Shown here in pieces: positions 59,223 through 64,000 of a stretch of DNA of 64,000 nt (its first letter is position 1; every line of letters begins with the position of its first letter). Under the pieces are notes generated by a model. That model was not told where the DNA came from. It saw nothing but the letters and a program-made list of their open reading frames with translations, and did not search any database. Source of the stretch: an uncultured virus (IMG/VR IMGVR_UViG_3300047181_000007) (lineage: Duplodnaviria > Heunggongvirae > Uroviricota > Caudoviricetes); IMG/VR virus record IMGVR_UViG_3300047181_000007, one strand, 5' to 3'. The translations under genes and the position numbers were made by a program.

Positions 59223-61595
59223 TTAGGCGGTAGTGCCAGATAAGGCAACGATTTTGGTAAACCCACCCTTCAAGTTGTGAGGCTTTATGAATGTAGCGTT
59301 GAAGTCCTCTTCCCACTTGAAGTTGCCACGTAGGTTTTCCATGTATCGGAAATTGCCATCTATATTATACACTACTATAAACGTACCGAAAAGATGAATT
59401 AGTTCTACTGCCCATCCATTAAGGAATGCATGTTTGACATTTACTGTTCCACCACATAAATATGCTGGAGATGAACTTACACCAGGTGAGTAACCCTCCA
59501 TGTATACATGTTTGAGGGTAGTGACAATAATCACACCACTAGTAAATGCGGGGCGAGAAGTAACAAATGCATTTCCACCAAGTAGAAGTGCCGATTTACT
59601 ATCAAGCGCAGTATTCTTGCCATGTAGATATGCAGACTTACTTGAAATCAGTACACCACCACCAACCATAAAGGCAGACTTGGAAGACAGTGTAGAGGAT
59701 TGTCCTCTAAGGTAGGATGACTTTACACTTATATTAGCAGAATAGCCATTGATGTAAGCAGCTCTTGATTCCTGAATTTCTGCTTTTACTGCTATATAGG
59801 CATGTGCAGAAGTGGACAAGGAAGTAGAGCCATGTGTATAAGCACTCTTGGAGCTTTCAGTCTTTATACCACCATCAGCAAATGCTGAAACTGAGGAAAC
59901 TACTGAAACTCCACCTCGTATATATGCTGGTTTGAAACCTAAAGAAGATTGTGCAGCAGTGGTGCCCTGAATATATGCACTTTGAGAATCTACCACTAAA
60001 GCTCGTCCAGTAGTGAATGACGAAGTTGAAGAGACTACTGAAGTCTTACCTTTAGTGTATGCTAACCTTGAGCTAGAAACAAGTAGACCACCAGTCAAAT
60101 ACGAACTATGTGAAGTTTGTGTGACACTTTTGCCACACAAATAGGCTTGTGTACCATCTTGTGCGCTTTGTGATCCACAAAGATAGGCGCTCTTGCTAGA
60201 GACTATCTGAGATATACCATGCAAATAAGCACTCTTGCTATTTATACTCGTAGACCATCCACGTAAGTATGAAGGATGGGAACTAACTCCTGAATTTTGT
60301 CCACGAAGATAGATACTTTTAGATGTGGTAACTACAATCCCACCCTTAGTGAATGCTGATTTTGAAGAAGTGAGTCCACCCCTTAGATAGGCTGATTTAC
60401 TTGCTAGTGTTAGTATTTGTCCTTTTGAGTATACAGGCTTTGATGTAGTGACTACAATTCCACCTCTCAAGAAAGAAACATGAGAAGTGACTGTACTAAT
60501 TTGTCCCTTGGTATAGGATGATTTAGAAGATGTTACAACTATTCCACCTTTTAGATATGCAGACTTTGACCCTACCAGGGATGATTGCCCCTTCAAATAT
60601 GCTGCATGACTGGTTGTTACTGCTATACCACCCTTTAGGTAGGCAATATGGGAAGTTACTGTAGAACTCTGCCCTTTCAGGTATGCAGGTTTACTTCCAT
60701 TAGACGAAACACTACCTTTGAGATAAGATGGTTTGCTACTAGGAGTAGCTACTGTACCACCTTTGGTATAGGCTGATTTACTACTAGGAGTGGCTACTAT
60801 AGAACCACGTGTATAGGCAGTTGTATTATCGGCAATATTGTAGCTAGGAGCTGCACCATTTGCGAAGGATGGCTTACTGCTAGTTGCATTTATATACCAA
60901 GTAATTAGAACACGACCAGGACCGCCTGCTCCACCAGCACGAGCCGTGGTTGCGTTGGTACGTCCTGCACCACCGCCTCCAGCACCTGAGGCTGTTCTGA
61001 AGACGTTACCAGCTGCATTACGGATACCACCATTGCCACCGTTACCGCCCCCATTTGTACCTGTGGCACCTGTGATCGTTGTAGCGTCTGTGCCTACATT
61101 GGCATTACCCGCTCCTGCACCAGCACCACCACCCCCTGAAGAGCCATTCTGATTTGCCCCATTGCCTCCTTTATAGGAAGTAATGCCACCACCAGAGACA
61201 TTCGCAGCACCGCCAATTCCTGCACGATTGCCTGTGTTGTTACCTCGTAGACCGCCACCGCCTCCATTGGCGCTTACGATAGTTGATGTATTGCCTCCAT
61301 TATTGTTATTGAACATGGATGCGCCACCAGGAGTGCCATTGTTATTACCAGCCACCCCACCAGCACCAGCAACACCAACCACAAATGCATAGTTGTTACC
61401 AACAACTATGCTAGATAGGGTAAATTTAGCATACGCACCAGCTCCACCACCACCCGCACCGCCAGTAGTAGTGTTGCAGTTTAGCCCGCCACCACCGCCA
61501 GCGCCGCCACCCCAACACTCTATTAGAGCATTATTGGTGTTGGCAGGAAAGACTTGTCCATATGTTCCAGCAGTAGTCTGATTATTACTTGGCAT
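59223..61595 (-). CDS. Fibre-like protein: Gly-rich N-terminal domain plus many ~14-aa SKSAYLKG repeats
   Basis: ECWGGGAGGGG...GGGGAGAY; repeated (S/T)S(K/H)(S/P)(A/S)YL(K/R)G. Confidence 0.75.
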   Translation of the reverse strand: MPSNNQTTAGTYGQVFPANTNNALIECWGGGAGGGGGLNCNTTTGGAGGGGAGAYAKFTLSSIVVGNNYAFVVGVAGAGGVAGNNNGTPGGASMFNNNNGGNTSTIVSANGGGGGLRGNNTGNRAGIGGAANVSGGGITSYKGGNGANQNGSSGGGGAGAGAGNANVGTDATTITGATGTNGGGNGGNGGIRNAAGNVFRTASGAGGGGAGRTNATTARAGGAGGPGRVLITWYINATSSKPSFANGAAPSYNIADNTTAYTRGSIVATPSSKSAYTKGGTVATPSSKPSYLKGSVSSNGSKPAYLKGQSSTVTSHIAYLKGGIAVTTSHAAYLKGQSSLVGSKSAYLKGGIVVTSSKSSYTKGQISTVTSHVSFLRGGIVVTTSKPVYSKGQILTLASKSAYLRGGLTSSKSAFTKGGIVVTTSKSIYLRGQNSGVSSHPSYLRGWSTSINSKSAYLHGISQIVSSKSAYLCGSQSAQDGTQAYLCGKSVTQTSHSSYLTGGLLVSSSRLAYTKGKTSVVSSTSSFTTGRALVVDSQSAYIQGTTAAQSSLGFKPAYIRGGVSVVSSVSAFADGGIKTESSKSAYTHGSTSLSTSAHAYIAVKAEIQESRAAYINGYSANISVKSSYLRGQSSTLSSKSAFMVGGGVLISSKSAYLHGKNTALDSKSALLLGGNAFVTSRPAFTSGVIIVTTLKHVYMEGYSPGVSSSPAYLCGGTVNVKHAFLNGWAVELIHLFGTFIVVYNIDGNFRYMENLRGNFKWEEDFNATFIKPHNLKGGFTKIVALSGTTA

Positions 61596-62271
61596 TTACA
61601 CCCCATTTCTGGAGTACCTCCTGCATCTGTACAATCTTGGTTGGGATGTCAATTGTGTACTGATGCCAGAAGTAACTGCCCGTGTCACCAAGTCTAGACT
61701 GAATACTAAAGAGATTCTCAAAGTGTAGACCATACTTAGCGATATTACGGGATAGAACATAATCATCAATTAGGTGCTCTTTCTTGACTACTGTATTGAG
61801 CTCATCCTGAATTGGGAAGATGTTCTCTAATGCTTCTTCATAAGTAATATCATCTAGGGGATGCCATAATTCTCTACACCAATCGGATGCAATCGTGAGC
61901 CAGTTACAGGAACCAATGTTTCTGCCATCTCTACGGAAGAACCGATCATAGCGCCAGCGATTACCAGCCATGTCATTACCATTATGAGCAACGGTGTCTT
62001 TGTGTAAATAGTTAGTAGGGTCCCACATATCAGGATGAATAAGAGCATCGCTATCCACGAAAATGCTCCAGTCATCGCTGCGCTCGTATTGCAATTCATA
62101 GATTTGTAGCTTTTCATAGACTGGTGCATAATGTTTAGGAAATACACGCTTGTCTATTACATAGAACTCAGCTTCAATCTTGTTCGCCCATCTCTTTATC
62201 AATGGATAAGTAAGTGCTGTAATTTCAGGACTGTAGTTATCTATATTTAGGGTATACAATGTCTTCTTCAT
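61585..62271 (-). CDS. GT-A fold glycosyltransferase-like protein
   Basis: WA.KI.A.F, YEKLQI, IFVDSDALI (DxD). Confidence 0.7.
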   Translation of the reverse strand: MKKTLYTLNIDNYSPEITALTYPLIKRWANKIEAEFYVIDKRVFPKHYAPVYEKLQIYELQYERSDDWSIFVDSDALIHPDMWDPTNYLHKDTVAHNGNDMAGNRWRYDRFFRRDGRNIGSCNWLTIASDWCRELWHPLDDITYEEALENIFPIQDELNTVVKKEHLIDDYVLSRNIAKYGLHFENLFSIQSRLGDTGSYFWHQYTIDIPTKIVQMQEVLQKWGVNAK

Positions 62272-62272
62272 T

Positions 62273-63826
62273 TTAGTTCTTCTCCATGAAAGTTATTGGT
62301 ATTAGATAGTATGCAGACCCACCATCAAGGATGGTGCACAAGGGTTCCATATCTGCCCTGTTGGTAAAATAAACAGAATGAGTTAGTCCCCAATGGTCCT
62401 TGAAAACGATAGTATCTGAAGGTGTAGTATTAGGACCAGAGAGTGTAAAGAATGACTCGAAATCTACACTATTGCCCCATTCGGTAGTACTACCAATAGT
62501 GCCGATTGGTACAAAGAGCGTATATCTTCGTTGTCTCATCATGGGTCCAGCCTGCTTGTCAATCTTTCCGCTAATAGTATAGCCGATAGTGTCCATGCGA
62601 GTATACACTGGTGCCATCTCGATAGCCTTGAATCTCTTCTCAGTCACAGGCGAATTTACACTATTGTTTAGGGTAATATAGTTATTTAGTACCGCAACTT
62701 CACCAGCTATTATTGCTGATCGTGACGATATTGCTGTTCCTGCACCTCGCAGGAAAGCATACTGACTGCTGATTCCTCCTGCACCAAAAGTGTATGCAGC
62801 CCTGGAGTCGACTAAAATCGCTCTACCCCTCAGGTATCCATGCTTAGAACTGCTGGTTATAACACAGCCTTTTAGGTAGGAATGCTTACTACTTAGACTG
62901 GAAAGAGCACCATACAAATACGATGGCTTAGAACCAGCAGATACAGTTCCACCTTTGATAAAGGCAGAGTGAGATGTGATTGTCGAAGTCTGTCCACGCA
63001 AGTATGCTGGTTGATTTCCATTAGATGGAATACCTCCATGCAGGAAAGCAGACTTATTGTCTAGTACAGCACTTGTTCCCATCAGGAAGGCTGGTTTATT
63101 AGTTACAATAGATTGTGTTCCATGAGTGTATGCGGCGTGAGAAGCTAATGTCGTACTTAGCCCCTTGAGATAAGCAGATTTAGAGCCAGTAAGTATATCG
63201 CCTGCTTGTACATAAGCATGTTTAGATGTAATAGCCACATCTAAGCCCTTTTGGTATGCAGACTTACTGGTTGTAGAAGTTACTCCACCCTTTAGAAAAG
63301 CTGACTTGCTACTTGCTAGACTTGATTGACCCTTGAGATAAGAAGTTTTGGAGGCTAGTGCTGAAGTTCTACCATTTAGATAAGCTGACTTTGCTGTTGT
63401 GCTAGTAGACCAGCCTTTTAGGTAGGCAGCATGAGAACTAGCTGTACTAGTTTGCCCTTTCAAATAAGCAGACTTGGAAGCAGCTGCACTATTGCCACTT
63501 GCTATGCAGGCAGATTTAGATGATACACCTGCATTTCCCCCTTTCAGATAACTTGATTTGCTCCCCCGTTTCAATAGACCGAAACCTATTGGAACAATAA
63601 ATCTAATAGAGGGTGTAGCTGGCGATGGAGGTAGAGTACCCTCTAAATAAGCTGAAGTATGGTCAGTTGTAGATGCTTTACCCCATGTGCACACATGTTT
63701 GCTGCTATCGTACCAACCGAATACCCAATCTCTGGTAATAGCATCGCCTCCACTCCTTGTTGTACAAAGAGCAGTGGTAATACGACTATCACCAAAGATA
63801 TTTAGGTACCCGTGTCGCTTTGCCAT
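62273..63826 (-). CDS. Fibre-like repeat protein with a C-terminal copy of the Dit-like domain
   Basis: SKSAYLKG repeats; the last ~137 aa align end to end with 42923-43342. Confidence 0.8.
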   Translation of the reverse strand: MAKRHGYLNIFGDSRITTALCTTRSGGDAITRDWVFGWYDSSKHVCTWGKASTTDHTSAYLEGTLPPSPATPSIRFIVPIGFGLLKRGSKSSYLKGGNAGVSSKSACIASGNSAAASKSAYLKGQTSTASSHAAYLKGWSTSTTAKSAYLNGRTSALASKTSYLKGQSSLASSKSAFLKGGVTSTTSKSAYQKGLDVAITSKHAYVQAGDILTGSKSAYLKGLSTTLASHAAYTHGTQSIVTNKPAFLMGTSAVLDNKSAFLHGGIPSNGNQPAYLRGQTSTITSHSAFIKGGTVSAGSKPSYLYGALSSLSSKHSYLKGCVITSSSKHGYLRGRAILVDSRAAYTFGAGGISSQYAFLRGAGTAISSRSAIIAGEVAVLNNYITLNNSVNSPVTEKRFKAIEMAPVYTRMDTIGYTISGKIDKQAGPMMRQRRYTLFVPIGTIGSTTEWGNSVDFESFFTLSGPNTTPSDTIVFKDHWGLTHSVYFTNRADMEPLCTILDGGSAYYLIPITFMEKN

Positions 63827-63827
63827 G

Positions 63828-64000
63828 TTATGCGTCTATGATAGCTAGCGTTCCTATAACTTGAGATGCTGTAGCAGCTCCACCTTGCCAGATGAGGAAG
63901 AGACAGGCATCGTTTGGTATTTGAGGCAATGCTAGTGCTGCCCAATCTAATGTCTTTCCCTGTGCAGCTGGATAAACATCAATCTGAGCAATACGTTTGC
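63828..64000 (-). CDS. 3' end of a structural protein (truncated by window end)
   Basis: ...ALPQIPNDACLFLIW...IIDA stop. Confidence 0.6.
   Translation of the reverse strand, partial: KRIAQIDVYPAAQGKTLDWAALALPQIPNDACLFLIWQGGAATASQVIGTLAIIDA

Noticed and set aside
60695..60709. TTCCATTAGACGAAA as another palindrome copy
   Set aside because: Two mismatches break the symmetry, and it can be explained by the repeat protein codons
60946..61581. Pro-rich + strand ORFs
   Set aside because: Antisense shadows of the Gly-rich fibre domain
1..64000. Alternative genetic code or stop-codon reassignment
   Set aside because: Long intact ORFs and dense gene packing under the standard code; no suppressor tRNA

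Overview
This window is a large part of a tailed (siphovirus-like) phage genome. The host is probably Chloroflexota/Anaerolineae, inferred from the SSB sequence and a Pro/Thr-rich sortase-like protein. There are two converging arms. The + arm (1-33.1 kb) holds many small early/accessory ORFs plus NADAR, SSB, a ParB-like protein, a Sak4-like ATPase, LexA-type HTH proteins, a DnaB-like helicase, a metallophosphoesterase and DUF5131, and it ends at a tRNA-Arg(TCT). The - arm (33.3-64 kb) holds lysis, tail, head and fibre genes. No integrase, large terminase, portal or DNA polymerase was recognised. Most notable observations: (1) a ~400-bp non-coding array with strict 5-nt periodicity (NNY-NN pentamers, cut into units by RTRCAACC) directly upstream of a stand-alone Cas7/RAMP-like gene, a candidate RNA-guided system resembling VIPR but with a different scaffold; (2) a ~3370-aa tape-measure protein carrying both halves of a two-barrel RNA polymerase active site and a RecB-like nuclease motif; (3) a 15-bp palindrome, TTCCAT-tag-ATGGAA, found 10 times across the window together with an orphan ParB-like gene; (4) a duplicated two-gene module of a small GG-ending ubiquitin/MoaD-like protein and a Cys/Asp partner; (5) several structured ncRNA candidates. 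All family assignments come from motifs read by eye; no database search was run.
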